This document shows positions 1-10,428 of a stretch of 64,000 nt of DNA, in pieces (position 1 is the stretch's first letter; the number at the start of each line of letters is the position of its first letter). This DNA is from an uncultured Planctomycetota bacterium. Its GTDB lineage: Bacteria; Planctomycetota; Planctomycetia; Gemmatales; Gemmataceae. The notes under the pieces are model-generated. The model saw nothing but the letters and a program-made list of their open reading frames with translations, was not told the origin of the DNA and ran no database searches. A program made the position numbers and the translations under genes. The stretch spans positions 256,001-320,000 of the forward strand of contig CAWKHF010000005.1 of NCBI GenBank assembly GCA_963849325.1, in the 5' to 3' direction.

Positions 1-1017
1 CATCGCGTCGATGTCGGGATAATACTCCTTGTAGGCGAGCTTGACGGCGGCCTTGGCGGCCTTGATCTGGTCCGCCAACTTCAGCAGGTCGAGGCGCTGG
101 CTCAAGGCCTGGGCCAGCAGAGCCTGCGGATCGGGCAGCTCATCCTCCACCTGAATCTCCTTGGGAGGCGGCGGCAGAGCGAGGGAGGGAGGGAGCTGCA
201 AGAGCGTGTTGATGCGGGCGATGGCTACCTGTCGCTGCCGTTCCAGGATGATCTCGGCCTCGCGCAGACGGCCGATCTCCACTTCGGCTTGCAGGGGATC
301 CTGCGCGGAGACCTGGCCGTTGGTGAAGCGGGCCTCCGCGTCGCGCTTGAAGCGCCGCACGAGCCGCAGGGCTTCCGCGTTGACCTCCCGCGCCCGATCG
401 ATCAAGTAGTAATCGTAGAACGCATCCCGAGCGCTTTCGAGCAACTGTTGACGCACATTGTCCACGTCGCGGCCGGCGGCGTTGGCCTCGTTCCGGGCGA
501 CCTCGCCGCGCAGCCGCAGCTTTCCGGGCCATTGATACCTCTGGAAGATTTCCAGACGGTAGCCGTTTCCCACTTGCGAGAAGGCCGCCGGCGACAGGTT
601 CGTGCCGAACAGGGGATCGTCCAGCGAAGTTACCTGCGGATAGCGCGCCTGGGCTGCCCTCCAGGCAGCGGCCATCTCGGGCAGCGATGGATTGCGGGCC
701 AGGACGGCCTCGACCAGGGCATCGACCGATAGCTCCGTCCTGTTCTCAAACGGCGGTGCGGTGGAGGAGGGAGTCGAGGCAAGGGGCGGGACGGGGGTAG
801 GCGGAGGTAGATTGGCTTCCGGCGGCGTCGCTTCCTGGTAGGCGACCTGCTGGATTCGCTCCGGTTCCGGGGGAGAGGGATCGCGCTCGGCAACCGCCGT
901 GGCCGGGACGACGGGAGACGTCGCGGGTCTGGGGGAAGAAACAAGCGAGCAGCCCGTCACCAAGGAGAGCAGCAGCACCAGCCAGCACTCCGGCCGCGTT
1001 CCTCGGTGTCGTCGCAT
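1..1017 (-). CDS. TolC-family outer membrane efflux lipoprotein (3' end runs off the window)
   Basis: Manual translation from the ATG at 1017 gives MRRHRGTRPECWLVLLLSLVTGC (lipobox), a Pro-rich linker, then ELSVDALVEAVLARNPSL...QWPGKLRLRGEVA...EYYPD, typical of OEP repeats. GAAGGAGG lies upstream. Not in the ORF track because the frame is open at the edge. Confidence 0.8.
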   Translation of the reverse strand, partial: MRRHRGTRPECWLVLLLSLVTGCSLVSSPRPATSPVVPATAVAERDPSPPEPERIQQVAYQEATPPEANLPPPTPVPPLASTPSSTAPPFENRTELSVDALVEAVLARNPSLPEMAAAWRAAQARYPQVTSLDDPLFGTNLSPAAFSQVGNGYRLEIFQRYQWPGKLRLRGEVARNEANAAGRDVDNVRQQLLESARDAFYDYYLIDRAREVNAEALRLVRRFKRDAEARFTNGQVSAQDPLQAEVEIGRLREAEIILERQRQVAIARINTLLQLPPSLALPPPPKEIQVEDELPDPQALLAQALSQRLDLLKLADQIKAAKAAVKLAYKEYYPDIDAM

Positions 1018-1132
1018 CACGAACCCCCTCCTTCAGCGGAACGTGCCGTCGGTTCGGGCCGTGAGCAATCGGGTTCGCGCTGCTGTCCTTATCGGCATGG
1101 TACAATCGGAACTATCGGGAAAAACGGTCTTC

Positions 1133-1199
1133 TCGTTTAGCCGCGACGCGCAGCGGAGCGCGGGAGTGTCGCGCTCCGCTGCGCGTCGCGGCTAAACGA
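1133..1199. repeat. REP-like palindrome, family A, copy 1
   Basis: GTTTAGCCGCGACGCGCAGCGGAGCGCG-loop-CGCGCTCCGCTGCGCGTCGCGGCTAAAC, perfect arms. Confidence 0.9.
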
Positions 1200-1367
1200 C
1201 ACACCATCGCGGTGAAACGGGGCGCCCTTGCAACGGGAGCGTCCCTGTCCGACAATACCCTTCACCGACTCGCCCGTGCGCGAACCGCGGAGGCCGTGAC
1301 TGCGTAACAGCAGCGTGGCGTCCGTGGCGGAGCGCCCGATCCGCAACCCCCCAACCGTGCGAATGCC

Positions 1368-2416
1368 GTGGACAACCCCAACATCCTGAAGGTCCAAAAC
1401 TTCATCCTCACCTTCAGCAGCATCCTCTACGAGGCGCTGCCGTTCATCATTCTCGGCGCCGTCATCGCCGGCATTCTCGAAGAAATGCTGCCGCAACGGC
1501 TCATCACGCGCTTCTGCCGCGCAGCCGTACCCTGGCCATCGTCCTGGGCGCTCTGCTCGGCCTGATCTTCCCCATGTGCGAGTGCGGCATCATCCCCGTC
1601 ATGCGCCGCCTCATCCGCAAGGGGCTGCCGTTGAGCTGCTGCGTCGCTTACCTGTTGGCCGGGCCGATCATCAATGTCGTCGTCCTGCTCAGCACCTTCG
1701 TCGCCTTCTCGGGCATGGAGAACGCCGTCGAACCGGGCGGCGCTAAGTCGAACCAGATGGGCGGCTGGTGGATGATGGGCTTTCGCGCTGGCCTGGGCTT
1801 CCTCGTCGCCGTCGGCACCGCGCACGTCGTCGAATGGCAGCATCGCAAGTACGGCAGCAAGCTGCTCATGCCCCTGGCCATCCCCAGTTCGCTGCCCTTG
1901 ACCGAGGAAGAGGACGTTGCGGAGGAGAAGCGCTCGGCGTGGCAGCGCCTCAGCAACATCTCCGACACGGCCCTGCACGACTTCATCGACATCACCGTCT
2001 TTCTCATCCTCGGCGCCCTGCTGGCCGCCAGCACGCGGCAACTGGTGACGCAGGAGATGATCGCCGACCTGTCGCGCAATCACACCGTCCTGGCCATCGG
2101 CCTGATGATGCTGCTGGCCATTCTCTTGTGTTTGTGCAGTGAGGCCGACGCCTTCGTGGCCGCCAGTTTCGTGACGCTGCGGCCGTCGGCCAAGCTGGCC
2201 TTCCTGGTGCTCGGCCCCATGCTCGATCTCAAATTGTACCTGATGTACACGCGCGTCTTCCGCCCGCGCTTGATTTACACCATCTTTCTGTCGGTCATCG
2301 TCCAGGTGTTCGCTTGGTCTTACGTCACGCACCTGTTCTGGGAGCAGCTACGCTTCGCAACTCCTGTCGGCGCACGCTCTCGGCACCGCGACCGCAATCG
2401 CTCGGCGCCCCCGTAA
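1368..2416 (+). CDS. Permease (DUF318/YcgR-like), frameshift near 1513
   Basis: EALPFIILGA, P-MCECGIIPV and LCSEADAFVA motifs spread over two frames (ORFs 1368-1565 and 1574-2416). Confidence 0.8.
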
Positions 2417-2508
2417 GTCGAGGAGGTCCGTCTTATGGTCCACGAGCACTCGTGTCTTGACTGGAAGGAACTTCGACAAATCATTCGTCGCGTAGAGGAG
2501 GTTTCTCT

Positions 2509-3423
2509 CATGGCCAGATCACGATCACGCGCACGGCGACCGCAACGCCTATTACCTCAACCAACTCTTCACCATCGCCGTGTGCGGCGCGCTCGGCGGC
2601 GTCGCCGTCATGCTGTGGTATAGCGGCAATCTGAGGTTCATGCTGGCCTCGAAATTCTTTATCTGGGTGTTCCTCGGCGGCGTCACCCTGCTGGCGCTGG
2701 TGCTGGTCCGCGCCGTCGCCGTCTGGCACTCCGTCGATGCAAACCCGTCCCCGGACACGAGCACATTGCGATCACGATCACGAACATTCGACGGACGCAC
2801 GATCACGGCCACGGCGATCTGCTGACCACGATCACGACCACGATCACGGACATGGCCACGGAGACGACCACGGCCACGATCACGGCTGGGCGCCGTGGCG
2901 TTACGTCGTCTTGCTCTTGCCGGTGGTGCTGTATTTCCTGAACCTGCCCAACCAGGGCTTCACGGCCGACGTCGGCGACAATCCGCTGCTGAACCTGGAT
3001 TTGAAGACGCCGACGGCCGTTCGTTCGACGGGGATGGCGACGGTCGGTTTCGCGGAATTGCAGCAAGCGTCGCTGACGCTGGAAAGCCGCGATTACTACG
3101 AGGGCAAAACCATCACACTGACCGGCCAATATGCCGGCGACGATCCGAAACGCTTCACCCTGGTGCGTTACAAGATCGCCTGTTGCGCCGCCGACGCCGT
3201 GCGGCTCAACGCCGTCATCATGATCGATCCCGACTCGTCGGAGAAAATCGACCCGGACAAGTATCGCAATCAGTGGGTCGAGGTGAAGGGCCGCGTCCAC
3301 TTCTTCCCGAAGCCGGGCGGCAACGAATACATCACGGCGTTGATCCTGTACCCGACCAAGGACGAGCCGCTCGACCAGTTTGCCAAGATCATCCCGCCGC
3401 CGGCGACGCCGTGGGTGAACTGA
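2509..3423 (+). CDS. TIGR03943/DUF1980 (YcgQ-like) membrane protein with His/Asp-rich linker; several frameshifts
   Basis: N-terminal TM helices, a DHDHDHDHGHGHGDDHGHDHG run, and C-terminal RYKIACCAADA and WVEVKG motifs; directly downstream of the permease. Confidence 0.75.
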
Positions 3424-3446
3424 TCGTGGGGCTTAGCGAGGAATCC

Positions 3447-3501
3447 GAGCCGCGACCGTTAGGGAGCGGGGGCGTTTCCCGCTCCCTAACGGTCGCGGCT
3501 C
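3447..3501. repeat. REP-like palindrome, family B
   Basis: GAGCCGCGACCGTTAGGGAGCGGG...CCCGCTCCCTAACGGTCGCGGCTC between convergent genes. Confidence 0.9.
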
Positions 3502-4546
3502 AGCGCGTCGTGAGCCGCAAACGGCGAATCGTCTCGGCGGCGCGTTCGGCCTGCGCCGCCGACACGTCCAGATGCGTGCAGGCGCGCAAGCGTTGAGGAC
3601 CGGCTGCGTGGACCAGTACGCCGCGCTCGCGCAGTGCCGCCGCCACGTCTTTCGCCGTGCCCAGGCCGCGATCCACCCGGAACCAGATCAGGTTCGTCTC
3701 CACCTCCGGCGGCGTCAGCTCCAGCCCCGGCGTGTCGGCGATGGCGCGGGCGATCAGTTGCGCATGGCGATGGTCCTCGGCCAGGCGCTCGACGTGGTGA
3801 TCGAGGGCGTACAGCGCCGCCGCGGCCAGCACGCCGGCCTGCCTCATGCCGCCGCCGAACAATTTGCGGATGCGCCGCGCTCGCGCCACGAACTCTCTCG
3901 GTCCCGCCAGCGCCGAGCCGACCGGCGCTCCCAGTCCCTTGCTGAAGCACACCGACACCGTGTCGAACATTTCGGCCCACTCGTTGGCGGCGATGCCGGT
4001 GGCGACGACGGCGTTCCACAGCCGCGCCCCGTCGAGATGCAGGATCAAGCCATGCTTGCGCGTCCAGGCGTGGATGGCCTGGATTTTCTCGAAGGGGTAG
4101 ACGCGGCCGCCGCCGCGGTTGTGCGTGTTCTCCAGGCACACCAGCCGCGTCCGGACCTGGTGAGCGTCGTCGGGCCGGACCTGATCTTCCAGCTGGCTGA
4201 CGTCGAGGATACCGTCGTCGCCAGCGAGCGTGTGGCAGGTGACGCCGCTGAGTACGGCCGGGCCGCCGGCCTCATAGTTGTAAATGTGACAATTGACATC
4301 GCACAAGAGCTCGTCGCCCGGCTGCGTATGGACCTTGACGGCGATCTGGTTGGACATGGTGCCCGACGGCACGAACAGGGCGGCTTCCTTGCCGAGCCGC
4401 TGGGCGACGTGCTCTTCCAGGCGGTTGACGGTGGGGTCTTCGTGGAAGACGTCGTCGCCGACCTCGGCGGCGTGCATGGCGGCGCGCATGGCCGGCGTCG
4501 GCCGGGTCACGGTGTCGCTGCGCAGGTCGATCATCGGTTCCGGCAT
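3500..4546 (-). CDS. ltaE: Low-specificity L-threonine aldolase
   Basis: [29 protein letters not shown] and CFSKGLGAP (PLP lysine). Confidence 0.93.
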   Translation of the reverse strand: MPEPMIDLRSDTVTRPTPAMRAAMHAAEVGDDVFHEDPTVNRLEEHVAQRLGKEAALFVPSGTMSNQIAVKVHTQPGDELLCDVNCHIYNYEAGGPAVLSGVTCHTLAGDDGILDVSQLEDQVRPDDAHQVRTRLVCLENTHNRGGGRVYPFEKIQAIHAWTRKHGLILHLDGARLWNAVVATGIAANEWAEMFDTVSVCFSKGLGAPVGSALAGPREFVARARRIRKLFGGGMRQAGVLAAAALYALDHHVERLAEDHRHAQLIARAIADTPGLELTPPEVETNLIWFRVDRGLGTAKDVAAALRERGVLVHAAGPQRLRACTHLDVSAAQAERAAETIRRLRLTTR

Positions 4547-4578
4547 GAGCGTGCTCCATCCTTCTGAAGTGTGCGGAA

Positions 4579-4640
4579 GTTTAGCCGCGACCGCGCAGCG
4601 GCAGTGCGCGTTACTGCCGCTGCGCCGTTCGCGGCTAAAC
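4579..4640. repeat. REP-like palindrome, family A, diverged copy
   Basis: GTTTAGCCGCGA...TCGCGGCTAAAC ends with an inner stem GCGCAGCGGCAGT/ACTGCCGCTGCGC. Confidence 0.8.
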
Positions 4641-4642
4641 GA

Positions 4643-5077
4643 TTACTTTGACTTACTACGATGTTCCATGAACCAGCGGCCGTTGTCCTTGTGGAAACAC
4701 AGGCGGCGGTCGTTGTCCTTCAGACGCACGGCGACGCGGTCCTTGTCCTCCTGCCAGTCGCCGTCCTTGAGGAAGCGCTGCAAGAGCTTGACCGTGAGCG
4801 AATCGAGCCGGGCGCGCGTGTCCTCGACCTGTCCCTCGAAGCGGCCGCCGTACAGCCGCTTGACGCGATCGTCCACGAAGGCCGGCTCGGCGAGTTGGGC
4901 GACGACGTAATCGACGCGCCGGGCCTCGACCGCCTTGAGGACGGAGTCCAGCGTTTCCTTGGCCGTGCTCTGCGGATAGGTCCGCAAGTCCGGGGCGATG
5001 CCGTAGCGCGTGGCGCTCTCGGCCCCACTACTCAGCACGACCAGCGATCCCAGCAACACGCCGACATACGTATTCAT
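4643..5077 (-). CDS. Hypothetical secreted protein
   Basis: MNTYVGVLLGSLVVLSSGAES signal-like N-terminus and typical codon usage; start could be 5083. Confidence 0.65.
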   Translation of the reverse strand: MNTYVGVLLGSLVVLSSGAESATRYGIAPDLRTYPQSTAKETLDSVLKAVEARRVDYVVAQLAEPAFVDDRVKRLYGGRFEGQVEDTRARLDSLTVKLLQRFLKDGDWQEDKDRVAVRLKDNDRRLCFHKDNGRWFMEHRSKSK

Positions 5078-5223
5078 GCTCATCCACTCCGTTTTCGTCG
5101 CGGCGACACCACTCTTCTGCTTGTAACAGGAACCGGCCGGCGCGGCAACCGTGCGAACGAAACTTCGCCGTGTCCTGGCCCTCCCGCGCCCGGAGGAAAA
5201 TACCAACGATCTCTCTTTTGTCA

Positions 5224-5252
5224 TTGACAGCCCCATCCACGAGACCTACAGT
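5224..5252 (+). promoter_or_regulatory. Sigma70-type promoter for the DUF1559 gene
   Basis: TTGACA-17 nt-TACAGT, ending 45 nt upstream of the ATG at 5298. Confidence 0.55.
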
Positions 5253-5297
5253 CAAGCCGTTCCGACACATCACCTGTCTTGGATAAGGGAGAGGGCC

Positions 5298-6298
5298 ATG
5301 GTCGCCAAGCGTGCCGCTTTCACCTTGATCGAGTTGCTGGTGGTGATCGCCATTATCGCCATCCTCATCGGCCTGCTCTTGCCGGCCGTGCAGAAAGTGC
5401 GCGAGGCGGCCGCCCGTGTCCAGTGCGGCAACAATCTCAAACAACTGGCCCTCGCCATTCACAACTGCCACGACACCAACGGCAAAATGCCCCCCGCCGT
5501 CGGCTTCTTCCCGGGGACGTCCCTTCAACCCGGAGCGGCCTTCGGCGTCGGCCTCTTCCACCTGCTGCCCTACGTCGAGCAGGGCAACCTGTACGCCAGC
5601 TCTCAGGGGACGCTCTTCGGCGTGCCCGGCGTGTATTGTCCCGACAACAATGGCGTGTATTCTCGGCCGGTCAAGACGTTCGTCTGTCCGGCCGACCCCA
5701 GCGTCGGCGGCAACGGCACGGTGCAGGATCCCGGCGGCAGCGGCGTCGTTTGGGGTGTCTCCAATTACGCCTTCAATTCGCTGCTTTTCTGTGCCCAGAA
5801 CGGCATCAACTACACCACGCCGCCGACGGCTAACGGCCAAAGCGTCGATCCGCAGGGGATGGCGACCATTCCCGCTTCCATCCCCGACGGCCTGTCGAAC
5901 ACGATCTTGGCGGCCGAGAAGTACGCTCTCTGCACCAATGGCGCCAGCAGTGGCACCTTTGGACCCTACGGCGGGAGTTACTGGGCCTTCAGCGCCGTGC
6001 CTTCGCCGTCCCTGGCGCAGCCGATGGCGACTCCCCTGCCGGTTTATCCGGGCTTCGAGATCTCGTTCTTCGCGCCTATTCGGGGACCGTCATCGGGCCG
6101 GCGTCCAAGTTCCAGGTGCAGCCCAATCCGTACAAGGGCAACTGCGATCCTTTCCGCGCCTCCTCGCCGCATACGAACGTGATGGTTACCGCCCTGTGCG
6201 ATGCCAGCGTTCGCAACCTGTCGTCGGCGATCAGTCCGAATACCTGGTGGTGGGCCTGCACGCCTTCCGGCGGCGAAGCGCTCCCGTCCGACTGGTAA
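5298..6298 (+). CDS. DUF1559 prepilin-type protein, frameshift near 6080
   Basis: [41 protein letters not shown] and DGLSNT..AEK; the C-terminus ([17 protein letters not shown]) is in another frame. Confidence 0.88.
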
Positions 6299-6307
6299 GG
6301 AGGTGGC

Positions 6308-6703
6308 ATGACTTCTCGACTCGTGGCGGCGTTCGTTCTGTTGGATCTGCTGTCGCTGCTGGCGGGTTGCGGACGCGGCTGGGGGCAGGTCTCTGGCACG
6401 GTGCGCTACAAAGGCCAGGCGCTGCCCAATGGCACCATCACCTTCTACGATGAGGCCAACCAGCCCGTCTCCAGTCCCATTGACGCCGACGGCAAGTACG
6501 CGGTGGACAAGGTCGCTGCCGGCAAGGTCAAGATCACCGTTACCGCTCCCATGCCCATCTACCTGCCGGGCGACCCGAAGCGTTTCGAGAAGCCGCCGGC
6601 CAACATGCCGAACTTGCCCGCCCGCTACGCCGATGCCGAACAATCGGGACTAAATCGGACGGTGAAAGCGGGCAGCCAAACTCTCATCCTCGACCTCGAT
6701 TGA
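6308..6703 (+). CDS. Lipoprotein with a carboxypeptidase-regulatory-like domain (usual DUF1559 partner)
   Basis: LAGC lipobox, VSGTVRYKGQALPNGTITF and LPARYAD..SGL. Confidence 0.8.
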   Translation: MTSRLVAAFVLLDLLSLLAGCGRGWGQVSGTVRYKGQALPNGTITFYDEANQPVSSPIDADGKYAVDKVAAGKVKITVTAPMPIYLPGDPKRFEKPPANMPNLPARYADAEQSGLNRTVKAGSQTLILDLD

Positions 6704-7094
6704 ATCAACGGAGCCGTTTTTCGTCGTGGGAGCCATCGCCGGTGGGTAGCCGGGCCCGTGAGACCGTGGGGCAAAGAAGGGAGAGCGGTACGATTAGTGC
6801 TACCTCTACCCGCCACTCCTTTTCGATTCTCGAATGGCTTCAAGGCGCGTGATATGCTTCCGAAGAGCCTGCTTGAGTGCGAAGCAGAATGGCTCTAACT
6901 GTCCGCCCGCATTCTCGGCCTCTTCCAGACTTGCCAATCGTCTGCGAGCCGCGGCTAAATCGAGTAGAGGCGGATTTCTTCCGGGCCATTGCAGTGTCGC
7001 GTTGATGGCTTCCTTACGAAGCTGGACTGCTCCCCAAAAAGTGGTCCAGGTGCTATGAGAGTCTCTGAGGCTCTTCGCGGGCAGGAGACGAACC

Positions 7095-7367
7095 ATGAAA
7101 CGACACACGGCCGAAGAGATCATCCCCAAGCTGCGACAAGCCGAGGCCGACCTCGCCCAAGGCTTGACCCTCGCCCAGGTCTGCCAACGCCTGGCCATTA
7201 GCGAGCAGACCCTGCATCGCTGGCGCAACCAGTACGGCGGACTCAAGCAAGACGAGGCCAAACGCCTCAAGGAACTGGAAGCCGAGAACGCACGCCTCAA
7301 GCGTCTGGTCGCGGAACTGGCCCTGGACAAGCAGATGCTCCAGGAGGTCGCCCAAAAAAAGTGCTGA
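7095..7367 (+). CDS. IS3 transposase OrfA (HTH)
   Basis: ISEQTLHRWRNQYGG..EAKRLKELEAENARLKRLVAEL; A7G slippery run at 7354-7361. Confidence 0.9.
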   Translation: MKRHTAEEIIPKLRQAEADLAQGLTLAQVCQRLAISEQTLHRWRNQYGGLKQDEAKRLKELEAENARLKRLVAELALDKQMLQEVAQKKC

Positions 7368-8272
7368 GCGCCGACCAGCGTCGTCAGGTCGTGCGTCAAC
7401 TCCAAGAGACCTTCGGCGTGTCGCAACGTCGCGCCTGCCGTGTGCTGGGGCAACCACGCTCCACGCAGCGGCAGACGCCCCAAACCTCCGAGGAGGAGGG
7501 ACGATTGGTGCAGCGGATGTTGGCGATGGTGCGGCAGCATCCGCGTTGGGGCTACCGCCGCATCACGGTGTTGCTGCGGCGGGAAGGCTGGCGTGTCAAC
7601 CGCAAGCGGGTGTACCGACTGTGGCGGCAGCAAGGGCTGAAAGTACCCCGAAAGCAGCGAAAAAAACGGCGGCTGGGTCACAGCGGCAACAGTTGCGTGC
7701 GGCGGCCGGCAGAGCACAAGGACCACGTGTGGACGTGGGATTTCTTGCACGATCGGACGAGCGATGGCCGGCCTTTGAAATGGTTCACGCTGATCGACGA
7801 GTACAGCCGCGAGTGCTTGGCGTTGGAGGTGGATCGGGGCATGACGGCCCAGGCGGTGAAGACGGTGCTGGCGAGCGTGGTGCAGCAGCGTGGCGTACCG
7901 ATGCACGTCCGCAGCGACAACGGCTCGGAGTTTATCGCCGCCGCCATCCGGACGTGGATGACGGCTGCGGGGTTGGAGACGTTGTACATTGCTCCGGGCG
8001 CGCCGTGGGAAAATGGCTACGCCGAGTCGTTCAACAGCAAGGTGCGGGACGAGCTGTTGAACACGGAGGAGTTTGGCAGCGTGGCAGAAGCGAAGGTGCT
8101 AGCCAAGGAGTGGCGTCAGGAATACAACCATGTCCGTCCTCACAGTTCGTTGGGGTATCGGACGCCAGCGGAGTTCGGGGAGATGTGTCCTCGTCCCGAC
8201 TCCGCTGCGCTACGCCGGGACGAGGACACATCTGTAACGGTTGATCCGACTCTCACAGCGCCTGGTACATAA
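7361..8272 (+). CDS. IS3 transposase OrfB (DDE integrase core), probably fused to OrfA by -1 frameshift
   Basis: WGYRRI, WTWDF, RSDNGSEF, PWENGYAESFN and YNHVRPHSSLGYRTP. Confidence 0.92.
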   Translation: MLSADQRRQVVRQLQETFGVSQRRACRVLGQPRSTQRQTPQTSEEEGRLVQRMLAMVRQHPRWGYRRITVLLRREGWRVNRKRVYRLWRQQGLKVPRKQRKKRRLGHSGNSCVRRPAEHKDHVWTWDFLHDRTSDGRPLKWFTLIDEYSRECLALEVDRGMTAQAVKTVLASVVQQRGVPMHVRSDNGSEFIAAAIRTWMTAAGLETLYIAPGAPWENGYAESFNSKVRDELLNTEEFGSVAEAKVLAKEWRQEYNHVRPHSSLGYRTPAEFGEMCPRPDSAALRRDEDTSVTVDPTLTAPGT

Positions 8273-8762
8273 AATGGGGGCAAGCCAAAGTTCCTCAAGT
8301 CGCTTATTGTCCAGTCCGAGTAGCGTGACGGTTACTCTCGCTGCTTCGTCACCCGCTGCCACGGAGATTATGCCGCGAATGCTAAATCGGAAGCGGGCCT
8401 CGCAACCCGCCGAGCGCGGAGAGACAAAAAGGTGTTGCTCCGCAGGTGGGGGCCAGTTCGCCTTGAAAACAGCACCGAACGGAACATAAGCACCGTCAGG
8501 AGCCGGATAGCATGCCACCATGTTACGATAGGCAACATCCCCTTCTCCTCGCACGCAATGTGCCTGGGGGATCATATGCTCGATATGCGAGCGATCCATG
8601 TTAATTCCGATACCGGTGTAGGCGCAAAGCCCTTGTTGTTCAGCGATGAGGGCAGCTTTCACCTCATTGCGCAAGGCTCCCGGTATGAGATCATATCCGT
8701 AGTTGATGTCAGCTTGTGATGCGGCACGCCATTGGGCATATGTCGTTGGCTCGGGCCGCGGA

Positions 8763-10097
8763 TTAATTGTCCTCATCAGTGAGAATCTCAAGGTTGTTGA
8801 TCGTGGCTTCGAGCCGCGCTGTATCCCGAGTAGTCCCATGCTGTAACCGCTTCAATACCTCGAGTCGTTCACGAGCCGCAGCAAGATCGCCTTCTTCTAA
8901 AGCAGCCTCAACGTCTTCGATGGCCTCCAGCCCTGGCAAGGTTCTTGATTGGACCTTCATGACATCTTCCAAGATCGCATTCGAGTCCAGCCCATACGAT
9001 TGATCGGGCGCTCTCCCGTCAGCCGGTTCGTCAAGCACGCGGACTTCTTCCGGGGCCACCTCTCCGATCACTTGGGGTGAGTGCGACGTACACACGAACT
9101 GGATTTTCGGAAAGATCCTTTTGAGATCGGCCGCGATCCGACGTTGCCAGCTTGGGTGCAGATGCACGTCAAGCTCATCGATCAGTACCACGCCAGGGGT
9201 CTGAGCCAGCACGTCAGGCAATGCACCGGCAGCTGGGGCGGGTCCATCATCTGGAACTAGGTAGTTATTCTGCGTTACCGCCTTGATAGCGATATCTGCC
9301 ACAAGTGCCAGCATCATTCGCTGTCCAGCGCTCAAATTGCTGAACGGTTGAGCGTAACTCTCGATGGACAGCACAATCTCGCTGCGGTCGCCGTCAAACC
9401 ACATCTCGTCCGCGCCAGGAACGCACTGCAGGACCGCTGTGCGAACCACCTCGTATCCCGCACGAAACCTCCCACCCCGGTTCACGGCCGCAAGAGCTTC
9501 CCGATGGAACCAGTCGCCGAGATCGGCAATCCGAATGCGTTCATTCAGGCAGTCGTAGAACGCCGCCCATCGACGGGCGCGTCCATTTGCAGCGCTGCGG
9601 GACCTGGGCCGCTCGTGGTGGGGCAGCCATGCCCGGCCCGCGCCGTAGTATGCGATCACCGGAAGAAGCACCTGTTCATCCCTGTTCGCTCGCTCATAAG
9701 TCGCTGCGACCACCTCTAACGCCGTCCTGGCTCCTGCGTTGCTTGCCTTCCTCTTGCCGGGCTTGATCTGGTGTTCCCAAATCAGATTATCTCGATCTTC
9801 AATTTGCCCTGTAGCTTTGATCGACACGCCACCACCCGCCTCGCGAAACTGCACGCGGTCGCCTGCCTGGTTACTTTCCAGCCGGATCTCGGAAGGAGAG
9901 ATTCCCCGTCGGCTGTTCAGCAAGGTGGAGTCAGGCGGCTCAACCAGCCAAACGCCGAGAGCTACCGCAAGTGCATCCAGCAGGCTCGTCTTGCCCGCAC
10001 CGTTGCCTCCGATCAGCAAGGTGAATTGCCGGTGCAGTCGCAAGTCGAATGCGTTGAACTTCTTGAAGTTCCGTAGCTCCAACCGGTCAATTCTCAT
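8763..10097 (-). CDS. AAA/ABC-type ATPase, PtuA-like (Septu or retron effector type)
   Basis: MRIDRLELRNFKKF, GGNGAGKTS, LSAGQR, VLIDELDVHLHPSWQR, FVCTSHSPQ, YGLDSNAIL; overlaps the HNH start by 14 nt. Confidence 0.88.
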   Translation of the reverse strand: MRIDRLELRNFKKFNAFDLRLHRQFTLLIGGNGAGKTSLLDALAVALGVWLVEPPDSTLLNSRRGISPSEIRLESNQAGDRVQFREAGGGVSIKATGQIEDRDNLIWEHQIKPGKRKASNAGARTALEVVAATYERANRDEQVLLPVIAYYGAGRAWLPHHERPRSRSAANGRARRWAAFYDCLNERIRIADLGDWFHREALAAVNRGGRFRAGYEVVRTAVLQCVPGADEMWFDGDRSEIVLSIESYAQPFSNLSAGQRMMLALVADIAIKAVTQNNYLVPDDGPAPAAGALPDVLAQTPGVVLIDELDVHLHPSWQRRIAADLKRIFPKIQFVCTSHSPQVIGEVAPEEVRVLDEPADGRAPDQSYGLDSNAILEDVMKVQSRTLPGLEAIEDVEAALEEGDLAAARERLEVLKRLQHGTTRDTARLEATINNLEILTDEDN

Positions 10098-10428
10098 GAC
10101 GATCCCCTTGGGCCATTGTCCGGGGTATGTGCGGCCTTCACTCGCTCCGTGTTGCCGATGCTCTTTGTAGCCGCCGGGTTCCCCGAAAGGAATGCCTGGG
10201 CTCGTCGCGAGACGCGCCGCTTTCGTCACCGTGGCTCGGGCGGCGTTGAACCGCCGGCACGTGCTCGAGGAACTACTCGTGCTCGCGTCCGTTGCGTGGG
10301 AGCGGTGCCGCGCGCTCAAACTCCAGGCGGGCCTCATGGCGTTGCCGGCATGGTTCCAAAGTCCGGATATTCGGGTGACACCGGATCTGCATTTGCCGGG
10401 AGCTATTTAGGGACGATAGAATGATGGC

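Larger units (their letters stand above)
7023..8287 (+). mobile_element. IS3-family insertion sequence
   Basis: TG...CA ends; imperfect IRs TGGACTGCTCCCCAAAAAGTGGTCCAGG and revcomp TGGCTTGCCCCCATTTTATGTACCAGG; flanks AAGC/AAGT form an imperfect target duplication; orfA/orfB inside. Confidence 0.92.
6806..8776 (-). pseudogene. TIGR02646/PtuB-like HNH endonuclease interrupted by IS3
   Basis: 5' part 8776-8288 reads MRTINPRPEP...EQQGLCAYTG...HIEHMIPQ...YRNMVAC...LGLDNKRLEEL. 3' part 7021-6806 reads LRKEAINATL...KRSGG*. Removing the IS rejoins the frame as NKRLEELRKEAI. Confidence 0.85.

Noticed and set aside
8763-10337. 524-aa version of the ATPase
   Set aside because: The family-typical start MRIDRLEL is at 10097; the extension looks non-coding
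10098-10428. Retron msr-msd ncRNA upstream of the PtuA-like gene
   Set aside because: No reverse transcriptase in the window and no convincing flanking inverted repeats by eye
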